Positions 1 to 13,130 of a stretch of DNA of 64,000 nt are shown here, piece after piece (positions within the stretch are counted from its first letter, which is position 1; each line of letters opens with the position of its first letter). The DNA is from Octopus vulgaris (taxonomy: Eukaryota): contig OX597825.1 of the NCBI GenBank assembly GCA_951406725.2, positions 14,322,001 to 14,386,000 of the forward strand, in the 5' to 3' direction. A program made the translations under genes and the position numbers. A model generated the notes under the pieces. That model did no database searches and had not been told where the DNA came from. It was given only the letters and a program-made list of their open reading frames with translations.

Positions 1-8
1 ATGTATAC

Positions 9-56
<48 letters not shown>

Positions 57-57
<1 letters not shown>

Positions 58-221
58 ACGAGCTTCTTTCAGTTTCCGTCTACCAAATCCACTCACAAGG
101 CTTTGGTCGGCCCGGGGCTATAGTAGAAGATACTCTCTAAAGGTCCCACACAGTGGGACTGAACCCGAAAAATGTGGTTGGTAGGCAAGTTAATTCCCAC
201 ACAGCCACTCCTACGCCTATA
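57..221 (-). mobile_element. tRNA-derived SINE, family A, head and core region
   Basis: Reverse complement begins with an ATAGGCGTAGGAGTGGCTGTGTG head and has a GGGTTCAGTCCC B-box-like motif. The core GACCAAAGCCTTGTGAGTGGATTTGGTAGACGGAAACTGAAAGAAGC recurs at 9.7, 30.0, 38.8 and 39.6 kb. Confidence 0.85.
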
Positions 222-1091
222 CTTACCACACAGCCACTCTTCCGCCTATCAAGTATTATTTTACGTTGTCCCATTGTCAAATGTCACAAGTAACTTTAAA
301 GTTATATCACTGGTTGTTTTTATGACATTCCAAAACGAATTTATGTTTGTTCACTGAAAATCTAACAGGAAAATATGTTTCACAACATTTGTATATTGAA
401 CAATTCGTTGCACAATTTTGCCCTGAAAGAAATCATTGCAGATGAAAATATTTTCGATTCCAAGGCAGGTCGACTCTTTGTCTAGGGTCCTGGTCATTCT
501 TCACATGTCATTTCATCCCATTTATACGCGCCTGTTGAAACCGCTTCCACTTTACCAAACATCAATTAAATACTGTAGTGTTTGTGAGTTTAGTACTGAA
601 CATTAGTTCACCGCAGATACGAATGATAAGCATGGAGCCGTCAAATAATTAGAAGGAATAAATTCACTATATAAGCAATGAAAATTTTACCGATACAGCT
701 GAGCGTACACTTGGTTGAGTGGTAAGAATTTTGTCTCCAAAGGTAAAGATACTGGGTTCGGCCCCATTGCTGGAAGATATATCGTCCATAATACATCGTC
801 CATAATACATAAACATATAGATAAACATTAAGTGGACGATATTTTCAACCGATATATTAGAACATTATCTGATTCTGCAAGTGTTATATTTCGGTGCTTT
901 TATGTATATTTACTCGATATACCATTCTCTATTACTCACTACCGACTAAAACTGTTGGTAGGTTTTTTTAACGATACACGTATGCTAGTTATTATGAAAT
1001 ATCATGTAAATATGATCCAGATACAGCTGGATGCCTGCATATCATCAAGTGAGTAACTTTGAGCGCACTGCATGTATATATAATTATATAC

Positions 1092-1300
1092 AGTGAGAAT
1101 TTACTAAAAAATAAAAGACGAAGATGTGTGTGTAAACAACAAACAGATGTATTAGTTTACCGGTCGGGAAGTGAAAAGTCTTTTATGTTTCGAGCCTACG
1201 CTCTTCGACAGAAAGGAACACAGAAATAAACAGTGAGAGAAAATAGAAAACGGTTTAGTGGCTATCGATCTATCTTAACGAATGCCGGGCAGAGGGGTCA
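1092..1300 (-). mobile_element. Small Penelope-like terminal-repeat element with minimal hammerhead-like motif (family H1)
   Basis: Minus strand 1181-1215 reads CTTT-CTGTCGA-A-GAGC-GTAG-GCTC-GAAA-CATA-AAAG. Homologous copies lie at 44720-44933 and 49231-49418; TA-rich flanks. Confidence 0.65.
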
Positions 1301-1528
1301 CATATATATATATATAAAGTTGAGGTTATAAGAGATAATGGTGTCATTGAGACCCAAAGATGTCAGGTAATGCTGAATAAGTGCTATAGACAGACCATGG
1401 TTAAGTTCCAGATTCGGTAATATTGCGAATAAAGGGTTCAACGTTTGTTCCAAGTCAGTGTGTGTATATAAGAATTTTTTGTGTAATAAGATAAAAATCC
1501 AAGGCTGTATAGATATTAGACATTTATA

Positions 1529-1568
<40 letters not shown>

Positions 1569-2370
1569 GGGCTCTTAAGTAACCGGCGGCACTGTTGATA
1601 AAAGACAATGTAAAGAATGATTGGCACACAAGAATAATGAAATATGATTTAAGGTAAAAGAAGATCAATACACGGATTCCTTGCAAAATTAACGTTTGCG
1701 CAACCGTGCGGATGTGTGTGGCGGGGTAGTGAAGGGTATATGGGCCTAAGAAAAACAAACAGCAAAAAGTTGTGTTAGTTTATTTTAGAGTCAACCAAGC
1801 GCAAATCAGAAACTATATAATTTTCAATTACTTACATATATAGATTTTTTTCCCCCTCCGGACTTCAGAATTGTAATGCGCCATTTTTTTTTCTATATAT
1901 ATATATATTGTCGAGAATCATGTTGAGCTATTTCCTTTTAATGACATGTATTGAACAGAAAATATACAAAAGGATATAACGCAAGTACGTAATTGTGGAC
2001 CGATTAATGTATTGAAAAATTTAATTGCTTTTTCAGTTTGTATCACATTTATATTATTTATCGTGTAATAACACCGGTTTACTTTAATATCCGTTAGCTT
2101 TTATACCTTCGTGAGTGTGATACTATTGAAACGATCTTACGAGTTTTCAATTATTTATTTCTTCTTTCTGTGTTTATTTCCTCCATATTGTTTTATTGTA
2201 CGATTTTGACAGGTTTTTTTATTATATGTGTTTCTTTTTGTTTATTCTTTGCATTTTAACTATTTCTGAAATGCTGTTTATGATGTAGGTTTTTAGATTT
2301 CGTTGATGTTCAGGAAAACAATTGGTCCCAAAGTGCGTATATATTTTATTCAATGTGGCGAAAAGCGTTA

Positions 2371-2410
2371 CATATATATATATATATATATATCTGCGTG
2401 TATATGTATG

Positions 2411-2471
<61 letters not shown>

Positions 2472-2558
2472 GTATGTATGTGTATGTATGGATGTATATG
2501 TATGTATATATGTATTTATATGTATTTATATATATATCGATATATATGTATGTATATT

Positions 2559-2610
<52 letters not shown>

Positions 2611-2619
2611 CATATATAA
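2371..2619. repeat. (AT)n/(ATGT)n compound microsatellite
   Basis: Directly visible; it produces the YIYI ORFs. Confidence 0.95.
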
Positions 2620-2817
2620 GTAAGTAGTGACGGTGTATTTTGTAAAGAACGTATTAAAGTACAGTATAAACCTCGTCCACCTACAGATTCCGCCCTATGC
2701 TGCCCAGTAGTAGTATTATACATATTTATAAGTTTGTGTCTGGGCATCTGTCGTGTGTCAATAGATAACTGTTAAAGATTTGAGTCAACAAGGTGTACGG
2801 TTGAACATTTGTCTTCA

Positions 2818-2918
2818 ATCACTACAGTTGTTTCTCCGCAACTTATTTCTCCTGTTGTGCAGGTGATTATGCAACAGTTTATTCTCTTATGCGGTCCAGT
2901 TGTGTTTTCTCAGGTGAT
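2818..2918 (-). ncRNA. Type I hammerhead-like motif (degenerate), inverted homologue of 3673-3754
   Basis: Minus strand: ATCAC-CTGAGAA-[long stem II starting AACACAACTGGA]-GAAA-CAACTG-TA-GTGAT; stem I ATCAC/GTGAT; core G8 changed to A. Confidence 0.55.
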
Positions 2919-3084
2919 GTGTAAATAATGTCTCCCTAAGATCAAATTTCCAGCTCCAAGAACATCCTCTCTATCGTGATCAACCGAACAACAGAAAAAT
3001 CAAAAATAAAAAGTCACTAAATAACTACAAAAATAATAAATTATATTGCAAATCTTTACAGCTCTCACCAGAAATCTGCATGTC

Positions 3085-3479
3085 CGTACAGGTACAAATA
3101 CATGCAAAATGAAAACATCATATACAAATGCAGATTCCCAACATATATATGCATACATGGAAGCTTCCGAAAGCCAATTCAGGTTCCATTATCGCAACCA
3201 TGTCACCTCATTCCGCCGACGAAACGCAACATCATTAGCAGATCTAATATAGAGATTAAAAGAAGGAACAATAAAATATAAAGTAGAATGGTCAATAATG
3301 AAAAACAACAGTCATGTCCATATAATATGCTATCCGGCGTATGTGACCTGTGCCTTGAGAAAGCTTTGTGCATTCTGGTAAGAAATAAAACCTTAGTAAA
3401 CAAGCATGGTGAAAAAATAACAAGATGTCGCCACCGCATCATGTTTGCATTTTCCAGATACAACACAGTCGAGGAATAA
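3085..3479 (+). pseudogene. Penelope-like element GIY-YIG endonuclease C-terminal relic
   Basis: Translates YAYMEASESQFRFHYRNHVTSFRRRNATSLADLI*RLKEGTIKYKVEWSI, then after a frameshift CPYNMLSGVCDLCLEKALCIL...LVNKHGEKITRCRH. This matches the PLE pattern FKxRYxNHxxSF...LSKYIWxLK...WSI...CxLCLxEK...LNKRxE...CRH. Confidence 0.75.
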
Positions 3480-3672
3480 TAATTCAGTGAGCACCACCAC
3501 TCACCTCTTCTCCTCTATGTGTGCGTGTGTCGGGTTGTATTCCTATATATACGTATGCCTGCGTGTCCGCGTGTTTAATATATATGAATGCACGTGTCCA
3601 CATGTATATATATATATATATATATATATAAATATATATGTATACATATATATGGATGTGTGATATTTACAT

Positions 3673-3754
3673 ATCGCCTGAGGAAACACAACTAGATGTC
3701 ATAATGCAGGGACACTCCTGGAGCATTACGTTGCAGAGAAAAAATTGTAGTGAT
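3673..3754 (+). ncRNA. Type I hammerhead ribozyme-like motif in Penelope-like 3' terminal repeat
   Basis: ATCGC-CTGAGGA-[stem II containing TAATGC...GCATTA hairpin]-GAAA-AAATTG-TA-GTGAT. Canonical CUGANGA and GAAA, stem I ATCGC/GTGAT (one G-U pair), GUA triplet, about 200 bp downstream of the GIY-YIG stop. Confidence 0.65.
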
Positions 3755-3815
3755 TAAAAAGGAATGTCCAACCGTGCTTCTTCCTGTCGATTCCAACATT
3801 TTTCAGTTATGTATA

Positions 3816-3895
<80 letters not shown>

Positions 3896-4000
3896 TATAT
3901 CTGTAAATGTAATATGTGACAATTATTAGGTAGGCAAATTCCTCTATTTACATAATAACGAGGTCTCTTTGTTTCTTTTGTTATCTCACCGTTTTTATCA

Positions 4001-4046
<46 letters not shown>

Positions 4047-4126
4047 GTACATTATATATTATATGTATTATATGCATATATATATGTGTGTGTGTGACGC
4101 AGGCACATATACATAAAGACATAAAT

Positions 4127-4174
<48 letters not shown>

Positions 4175-4758
4175 ATGTGTGTCTGTGCGCGCACTGAAAC
4201 ACATCATTTCATTTCATAAACATCAAGAAGTCACAATATATTTGACGCACAGATTTATACAATCTCTCCCTTTTTCTTTTTCTTTCTCTCTCTCTCTCTC
4301 TCTCTCTCCTTTCTCTTCCTCCTTGACCGAGACACACACACGCATCAACACAGCCATACATGTATAAATACGTTTTTCCTGTGTTTAGCTATCAACTCCT
4401 ACAAGTCGCTCTTGTGTATTCGAGAGGCCTATCAAGGTTCACTGATCAGCGTTGTAATATGATGTCAGTGAGATTGCTTAATTAACCAGCTGTTGACATC
4501 TGCAATTTCCCATCGTCTACATTTGTTTCACTTTATCTGAACCATATTTCCTGCTACTTCAGGCTTTACACGACACTACACTACCACCAATTTCCTCTAC
4601 CTATACACCCACCTTCCCATAGCATTCCTCCAGCTCCTCCTTCTCCTCCTTACTTTACCTCTTCTCTCAAAACACGAATATAATCTTTAACTTGCCTTGC
4701 GTGGACATTTGTATTTCTATTCGACAGTGGTTTAGTGACGCAGTAAATACAACAGCTC

Positions 4759-4883
4759 GGATCTTTTCTGTTTGAACGGTAGTAGTTTCTAGCGGTCTCA
4801 TATGAAATTATCACCCATGATTATGACCCTAGTATCGATCTATTGCATTTCAATCTGTTTTAGGGTTAGGGTTAGAGTTAGGA
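4759..4883. repeat. Interspersed repeat fragment ending in (TTAGGG)n-like units
   Basis: TTAGGG TTAGGG TTAGAG TTAGG at about 4860-4882, directly abutting a SINE. Confidence 0.45.
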
Positions 4884-4887
4884 TTAG

Positions 4888-5031
4888 TTCAAATTTATTT
4901 AATCGACCCCGAAAGGATGAAAGGCAAAGTCGACCTCGGCGGAATTTGAACTCAGAACGTAATGGCAGACGAAGACGAAATACCGCTAAATATTTCGCCC
5001 GGCGTGCTAACGATTCTGTCAGCTTGCCGCC
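4888..5031 (-). mobile_element. tRNA-derived SINE, family B (GCCTTTCATCCTTTCGGGGTCGAT core)
   Basis: Reverse complement of the GGCGGCAAGCTGACAGAATCGTTAGCACGCCGGGCGAAAT head, GAGTTCAAATTCC B box and conserved core; many copies in the window. Confidence 0.85.
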
Positions 5032-5307
5032 CTGTTTCCATGTTCATCATTATTCCGTCCTTTCTCTGCAAAGAGAAATATGTGAAAATATTTGTAAAAA
5101 TCTGCGAGATTATCTTTTGTTAAAAAAAGAAAAATAAATGTCGCAAAATCGGAAGTGGTATTTTTTCAAAACCGTTGGTGCAAATTTGCTTTCAGCAATT
5201 AACGCCTAGATTATTCTGAGTGGTTATATCTGCTTTCCACGTTAAAGAGTTTGGTGGATGATGGAATCCTTAGCCGTGTTTTAATAATGATAATAATAAT
5301 AATAATA

Positions 5308-5653
5308 AAAATGTGGCATCTCAAGGCGACTACAGTACCAGTGATTGTAGGATCTCTAGGAATGATAAAAAAAGGTACTGAAACCTATTTGAAAATGATT
5401 CCAGGCTTACCATCTCTACAGGAAGTGCAAAAAATTGTATTAACTGGAAAGGCTCATGTACTGAGAAGAGCACTATCGCTGTGAAAATAACATCCATCCA
5501 TGAATTTATTTATTTATAAATTTTTAAATACATATTTTATCTGTGAATTTGCGCGTGTAATCTGGGAATGCATACAATGCCCTTCTCTGCCCTAGGTGTA
5601 TGGAAAACACTCGGCGAGAAACGGAAGAAAATTTGAAGAAAGAAGGAAAAAAC
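5308..5653 (+). mobile_element. 5'-truncated R4/Dong-like non-LTR retrotransposon 3' end in (AAT)n
   Basis: Encodes KMWHLKATTVPVIVGSLGMIKKGTETYLKMIPGLPSLQEVQKIVLTGKAHVLRRALSL*, nearly identical to the C-terminus of 19181-20125; (AAT)n on both sides. Confidence 0.85.
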
Positions 5654-5779
<126 letters not shown>

Positions 5780-6301
5780 GCCCTGATGCCGGACCATATT
5801 CTCAAACATTTATACCTTTACTTTTTGTTAGAAAAAATTTAATATAAATATTTAAAAAATATATATACTGATGTAATCTTTATTCAAGTATGAAAGTTGC
5901 AGCAGCAACGTTGTGTTACTTTTAGAATTTGCAAGTACATATGTGTACATATATATATATATATACTAGATCTTTTGAAAATTGTGGATGATGGCTGTTT
6001 TTACTATATTCAGCGTATTTCATATGATAACGGCCTGCCGTTAGATCTGAGAAAAAACAGATGTTACTAAAAATGTTGTGACAGTAAAATAAGATTTGAT
6101 TGTCAGATGAATAACAAAACGAAAAAATGTGTGTGTGTGAGTTTGTATCTAAGGAAATATGTATCCAAATACGTAAGTCCAGCAAATAAATAAAATACGG
6201 AAAGGAAGTACCAATAAAATTTGAGATGTTTTAATGGAATGTCTTATAATCTGAGAGTCCATGAGGACTCGGTCGTGTTTCTTCAGGAAACAGGGTAAAC
6301 C

Positions 6302-6510
6302 TTTCTCGACAGTTGGAAAGAATACTTAGCTAAAATCCTAAATCCACTAGCAATAAAATATTTTGGTTGACATGAGATGCATACTGGGATAACTACAAAA
6401 GTCAAAAAGGCTGAATTCACAACAGAGATTAAAGCGCTGAAGTGTAGCATGGGCGCTGAAGAGAATGAAACTCCGACTACGATGTTAAAACTTAAGAGAA
6501 GAGTATTCTT
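6302..6510 (+). pseudogene. Degenerate RTE-type LINE ORF2 fragment (pre-RT region)
   Basis: Translates FLDSWKEYLAKILNP...*...KAEFTTEIKALKCSMGAEENETPTTMLK, resembling RWKEYFxxLLN...EVxxAIKxLKxGKAAGxDxIxxEMLK. Confidence 0.6.
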
Positions 6511-7597
6511 TAAAACGTGTGTTTCCTGCGATATGAGCAATGATCTGTGAGATACGTCTCTTCAAAAGAAATACGTAATGAGTTCAGCACTTATGTCTCA
6601 TTTTGAGGAAGCAGTCATCGTTCTGAGTTCTGATTGTTATTGTTCTGAATGTTGTTGAAGGTTACCCGAAGATCTCGAAATTTAAGATTTAAAGCCTTTT
6701 AGTAGTAACAGTTCAAAGCTTTTTGCTGAAGTATGGAGAACATATCAGCTAACATGTCCTAATTATGTATGGCTAAAACTTAGAGAGCTTTGATCAATCG
6801 AAAGCTTGTCCTTAAATATTACATAATCCCAAGCTTGTCATTAATTTCAGTGATATCACCTTAAATACGACTTTCATTACCATTGAATCAATGACTTCGT
6901 CTGAAAGCAAACGAATTACATAAATATAGAGTAATCCAAGCTAATTCATCTCAAGGGAAACAAACACTAAATAAGAATTCAACTGGTTCCGTCTTATGTT
7001 TCTAATTCTAGAGCTCGGTTTATGGGTAAAAGTGATATTAAGCTTCTTCTAGACAATTGGAAGAAAATATTGTTTTTTTTTTATGCAATTGTTCGAGCAG
7101 AAAAAAAAGTCCGATAAACCTACAACCGGTTGAAGTAAGGAAACAGAAACGTTGTCGTGTTATTGTCTTCGTTTATTACAGCTACTTAACCACCTGAAGC
7201 CTTCCAATTCACAACGTGTTCGAGCTGCCATTGGGCTTTCCAATAGTCTTCCAGTGACTTGTGAAAGAAGCAAAGGTGCACAACACCCACACACGCACGC
7301 ACATACAAGACGCCAACGTCACCACCGCAGACATTAGAATCATTGTTTAAGGAATTTATCAAAATTGTACTGAAGTTTTATTATACGTGTAACAATTTGC
7401 ATACATATTTATTTTTCAAGTAGCTTCCTCTATTTATAAAACTTGACCTCATGAAGCAATTCGTAAAATCTTTGCCACAGGATGTAGAGGGCGTCATGTA
7501 TTTGCATATCAAGCTACTTGTTCTATCAGACGCCATATATCTTGAGTTTCCTTCTCTAGGTTGTCCACTCGTATATATATATATATATATATATATA

Positions 7598-7971
7598 CTA
7601 GCAGTATCGCCCGGCGTTGCTCAGGTTTGTAAGGGAAATAACTATAAAGCATTTTTAGAGAGTTATAGCCAAAAAATAGCAAAAAAATGGAAAAAAAATG
7701 ATGGTAAATTTTTTTGAGAGTTAAAAAAGGTGGAGTTGCGTCCCCTAGACGGTTTGTGGTTTGGGTTTCTGATTCTCGACCCCATGTCGAATTTATCGAT
7801 TTTTTTCAGAACTGGGGGAACTTTTCAAAATTTTCGCTGCGTTAGTTTTGAATTATGACATTGGGCTATGTGTGTGTCAAGTTTCATCAGAATCGGTTGA
7901 AAGCCGTGGTCAGGGTGAGGGTACGAGAAAACAGACACACAGAAAACTCACAGACAAACTGCCGTTTATAT

Positions 7972-7974
<3 letters not shown>
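7598..7974 (-). mobile_element. Non-autonomous Helitron
   Basis: On the minus strand it begins TCTATATAAACGGCAG and ends with a GC-rich subterminal CCTGAGCAACGCCGGG segment followed by CTAG, inserted in (TA)n. A highly similar copy lies at 57536-57918. Confidence 0.75.
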
Positions 7975-8017
<43 letters not shown>

Positions 8018-8229
8018 TTATTTTCTTTGCCATATCACTGAGCTATAATTTGCCTCGCTTAGCTGTATAGGTAAACGTATACGTGTAACACTAATGATCA
8101 CTCTCTGACCGGCCATAACAAATAAGCTCCTAAATATATTACAGCAGTAATGATTTAGAATGTGCTACTTTTTGAGATATATGGTCACACACACATATGC
8201 TGGGGGCTTATGTGTGAGTCTATGAAAAG

Positions 8230-8299
<70 letters not shown>

Positions 8300-8936
8300 T
8301 GGATCTGTCTTTGACAACGGTTGCTGCTCCGACAGATATTGTTATATTTCGAAGTCAATATAACATCCAATAAGTATCACAGTATAATTACTATATCTGC
8401 ACAGACACGACTATCAACACAATCTACACGTACTTTCGAACTTCCGAACTTCTACAGTCGACTGGCTATAGGTTTATTTATAATGGCAGCTACTACCACT
8501 TTTTACGGGACGGGTGAACAATTTCATTATACAACGTACATATATCTTACTTATCGATCATGTCGATGAGTTTTGCGCATACTTTCAAATACAAGTATGT
8601 TTCTGTATGGGGTATTGAATATGAAGTGTGCGTTTGTTCGTGTATATACATTCGTATGTTTAGAAACTACTTCTAAGAAAAAATAGATATAGAAAATATA
8701 ACATATAGATATACAAGTGTAAGTGCGATACATGACTTCAGTAAATAGTTTAAAGGAAGTCGGTAGCAGCTGCGCAGTGATTTGAGGTGGCCATCTTGTG
8801 AAGGTATTTAAATAGCTTTCAAGTCATGCAAATGAGAATATTTACAAACAAACTATCAGGTGATAGATCTCCAGCAGTAAATTGCAGACACAAGATCTTG
8901 TAATGTGAAACACAATATGTGGTATAGGTCATCATG

Positions 8937-8968
<32 letters not shown>

Positions 8969-9028
8969 ATGCATATATATAACTTAATATAATATGCATC
9001 AATATATAATATATTCATTCATACATAC

Positions 9029-9059
<31 letters not shown>

Positions 9060-9139
9060 CATATATATATATATATATAATGCATATATATAACATAATA
9101 TAATATGCATCAATATATATATATATTCATATATATATA

Positions 9140-9192
<53 letters not shown>

Positions 9193-9193
9193 A

Positions 9194-9253
<60 letters not shown>

Positions 9254-9352
9254 GTATATATATATAATGTACACCTTTATATACACATATATCAATAAAA
9301 TATTATATATATATGAGTGTATCGTAGTTCGCTGGAATCATTGTGTATTGTT

Positions 9353-9643
9353 TGTGAAATATAACGTGTCTGGAATGGCGCAACAGTGCAGAGTGGACTA
9401 TAATAACTCTTATAAATAATTTAATTATTCATATTTTAATATATTTCGGAACATAAAAATTCCTTCTTCAGATAATGCTAGGAAATAGTGGAGTCATTGT
9501 TATAGTCGGTTTTCCAACGGTTTTAATGAAATTTTTCTCAAGCTTCCCTGCAGTGGCCTCACGAAACAATTCCGAAATTTCTCATGGAAAGTGCGTAAGG
9601 GCGGTCATGTTTCCATTTCGTGTGTGTGTTGGCATATCCACAG
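9353..9643 (-). repeat. Left arm of a ~290 bp diverged inverted repeat (partner 10237-10527)
   Basis: TGTGAAATATAACGTGTCTGGAATGG versus CCATTCCAGACACGTTACATTTCACA, and TTGGCATATCCACAG versus CTGCGGATATGCCAA. Confidence 0.8.
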
Positions 9644-9665
9644 CGCTGCTTCGAAGATATGTATT

Positions 9666-9834
9666 ATAGGAGTGGGTATGTGGTAAGTAGCTTGCTTACC
9701 AACCACATGGTTCCGGGGTCGGACCCACTGCGTAACATCTTGGGCATGTGTCTTCTACTATAGTCCAGGGCCGTCCGAAGCGTTGTGAGTGGATTTGGTA
9801 GACAGAAATTGAAAGAAGCCCGTCGTGTATATAC

Positions 9835-9920
<86 letters not shown>

Positions 9921-10130
9921 CTGTGTCTGTGTGTTTGTGTTTATCCCTTTGGCGTCACTTGCTGGTCCATCTTGGTGTGTTTGCGACACCGTGGCTTGGT
10001 GTTTCGGTTAAAGAGACCGATGGGCTGGGTGCTGGGCTTGCACTGAGTATGTCCTGGGTTCCATTTGTTAGACTAAAGGTGGTGCTCCAGCAAGGACGCA
10101 GGCAAATGACTAGAACAAATGAAATAATAG
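9666..10130 (+). mobile_element. Near full-length SINE family A with internal (TA)/(TG)n
   Basis: TAGGAGTGGGTATGTGGTAAGTAGCTTGC head, core, and GGTGCTCCAGCA...CAAATGACT tail. Confidence 0.8.
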
Positions 10131-10236
10131 TGTTTTGTTACATGAGCATGTTACCATCGTGTGTGCAGGGTGTCAATGTTGTTAAATAATGTAGTGATTG
10201 TTAATTTCCAACCTATTGTTAATTTGGGGCCCTAGT

Positions 10237-10527
10237 CTGCGGATATGCCAACACATACGAGCTCAAGACATGGCCTCCCTCACGCACTCCTCGTGAGGAA
10301 TTTCCCGATGGAGTCTCGTGAGACCACTGCATAGATTTTGCGACAAATTTCAGTAAACGTTGGAAAGCCGATCATAGCAGTTACCCCATTACTTCCTTGC
10401 ATTATCTGAAGAAGGGATTTTTATATTCCGAAATATTATATTAAACTATGAATAATTAAATTACTTATAACAGTTATTATAGTCCTCTCTGCATTTTTGT
10501 ACCATTCCAGACACGTTACATTTCACA
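10237..10527 (+). repeat. Right arm of inverted repeat, containing a hammerhead-like core
   Basis: CTGAAGA-AGGGATTTTTATATTCC-GAAA at 10406-10433, mirrored at 9444-9471; arm ends in (CA)n. Confidence 0.75.
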
Positions 10528-11665
10528 CACACACACACACACAGACACACACACACAGACACACACACACACACACACACACACGCACGCACGCACGCAC
10601 AAACAAGTAATTACACGATCTAGGGATCTATCTGTAGAGAGATTGTCATCTTCTAACTGTCCATTTAGAATTTTATCTTCGGCAAGGAAACCTGGGATTC
10701 CTTAACGTCAATTTAACCTTCATATAATTAGGGTTTCTTCAGCTAGATGAATAGCTATCTCGCTGAGTAATTATTACATCAGGGAATCTACTATCTAGGA
10801 AATATTTGTAGTCTGAAACTTTACCTCTCCACCCACTCATTTTGGAGGTTACATACATCTGTACATATTTACAAATATATATATCTATGTATGCATTATA
10901 CATATATCACCTATTATCTTTATTCCTCTGTGATAGGACTGTGGCCACTCTAGAACATTAGTTAGTCTGGAGTTAAAGGATAAGGCATTTATCCAATGTA
11001 CCACACAGTGGGACTGTATCCGAAACCACGTAGTTACTAAGAAGGTATGGCTGACGCATCTCCAACGCCCTTGCCTTAACATATCTCACCCGGGACGATA
11101 AAGCCAACGGTTTATAAATAACAGTAGACCATATTTATCGTCTCGTTCAATCCTTAGAATCGCAGGATATATTCTCGTGAACCCATCATACAAGTTAGGT
11201 TGCTCTGACCGTTATTCTAACACAATGATCCAGTAATAGAACGCCTAATAATGTTCTTGGGAATTTCTCTAAAGCGATTTATATTCACACCACGAAGCAC
11301 CAGAAACGCACTTTGTGAAGTTGGCTGTTATTTACAGTTTCATTAAATATTCCATTTAGTGAATAACAAAGTTGTTTGTTGTAAGATTTTTATGAACTTA
11401 TCAAAGGTTCGTTGCATTTTTCTATTGGAGAGGGTTGGAAATGATTGATAGGAAGCCCGAACGCATTCTAAGTAACACGAATATCGTTTTATTCAAAAGA
11501 ACCGCACGTTTACCTTGATCATTTCAGCACATAAACAATATATATATATATATATATAAACATATGCTCATATGCACACAAACAGGTGCTATCATGAGCA
11601 TATATTTTTGAAATATGTATGTGTGCGCTCGTGTCTGTATGCATGTGTATATATATGTATATATG

Positions 11666-11711
<46 letters not shown>

Positions 11712-11716
11712 CACAC

Positions 11717-11822
<106 letters not shown>

Positions 11823-11826
11823 GTAC

Positions 11827-11882
<56 letters not shown>

Positions 11883-12157
11883 GATTTGCTTGTTTTGTTT
11901 ATTAGCTGCAGTTCGAAAACAGCGGCCATGCTGTGACACCATGGCGGTCAATATTAAACAATACATCAATAATGATCTCAACCGTTGCATATATTTGTTT
12001 GCTCACAAAAACAAAACGACCAAATATGCATACGCCGATAAAAAAATATACGCATGCCAACACACACACAAACCTATATATGTGCGTATTTGTTTATCTG
12101 TATATGCGTACCTGGGCGTTTTCTTTTTGTTACATACATACATATATACATACATAC

Positions 12158-12646
12158 AGAAAGCTTTATAATGAAATCCGTTGAAAGGATATTCCCGAGG
12201 ACAAAGAAATAAGAACCAACAATGTGGTAGAAGCCATAGCCGCTCATAATAAAAAGGAATACTGGTGGAATGTTCCAGTGAAAACTTCAATAAAATGTAA
12301 GCACAACAGACCTGATATAATGATTTGAGATTGAGAAGGGAAACTGTGCACAGTTGTGGAAATTAGTTGTCCAGCGGATGTTAACGTAAAGCTGTAGATC
12401 AGTGAAAAAGAGAACACCTATGCTGAACTATCGAGAAATCTGCAGTTACTCTATCCAGATTACAAGTTCAGGTTTATACCTGTAATTACTGGGGCGCTAA
12501 GATATGTAACACACTGCCTAAATAACAGTTTTGAGAAACTAGGCTTCTCAAAAGCAGAAAGGAGAAAGCTACTACGAAGACTACAGGTCCAGTGTATCAG
12601 TGGAACTGTAAAAATCTGTAAAACTTTCCAGAAGTTTATCATTTAA
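12158..12646 (+). pseudogene. 5'-truncated RLE-type non-LTR retrotransposon (distinct family), starting at (ATAC)n
   Basis: Translates with stops: RKLYNEIR*...KEYWWNVPVKTSIKCKHNRPDIMI*D*EGKLCTVVEISCPADVN...EKENTYAEL...FIPVITGAL...ISGTVKICKTFQKFII*. This is a PD-(D/E)xK-type RLE signature. Confidence 0.8.
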
Positions 12647-12770
12647 CACACCTGTGGCAACCATCCTTTTGCAGTGAACATAACAAATACCAATTAAATA
12701 TTGAAGTCTATGTAATAGACTAGTTACCTTTTCTAAAACTTTCGTGCATTGTGTCTGTAATAGATTAGAA

Positions 12771-12981
<211 letters not shown>

Positions 12982-12991
12982 TTTGTTATAA

Positions 12992-13130
12992 AGTGAGAGA
13001 GTTGTGCGTGCCTTCAAAGTGACACTGGGGTACAAATATACGAAGTCCAGTATACAAATCAGGACTACCCATCTGATTAGGGTACACGAGGTACATGCAT
13101 CACAGCGCATGATCTTGCAGTCGGGGCCCA
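12992..13130 (-). mobile_element. 3' part of an (AAT)n-tailed interspersed repeat (same family as 20500-21027)
   Basis: Reverse complement GATGCATGTACCTCGTGTACCCTAATCAGATGGGTAGTC...CCCCAGTGTCACTTTGAAGGCACG matches about 20917-21025. Confidence 0.75.
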
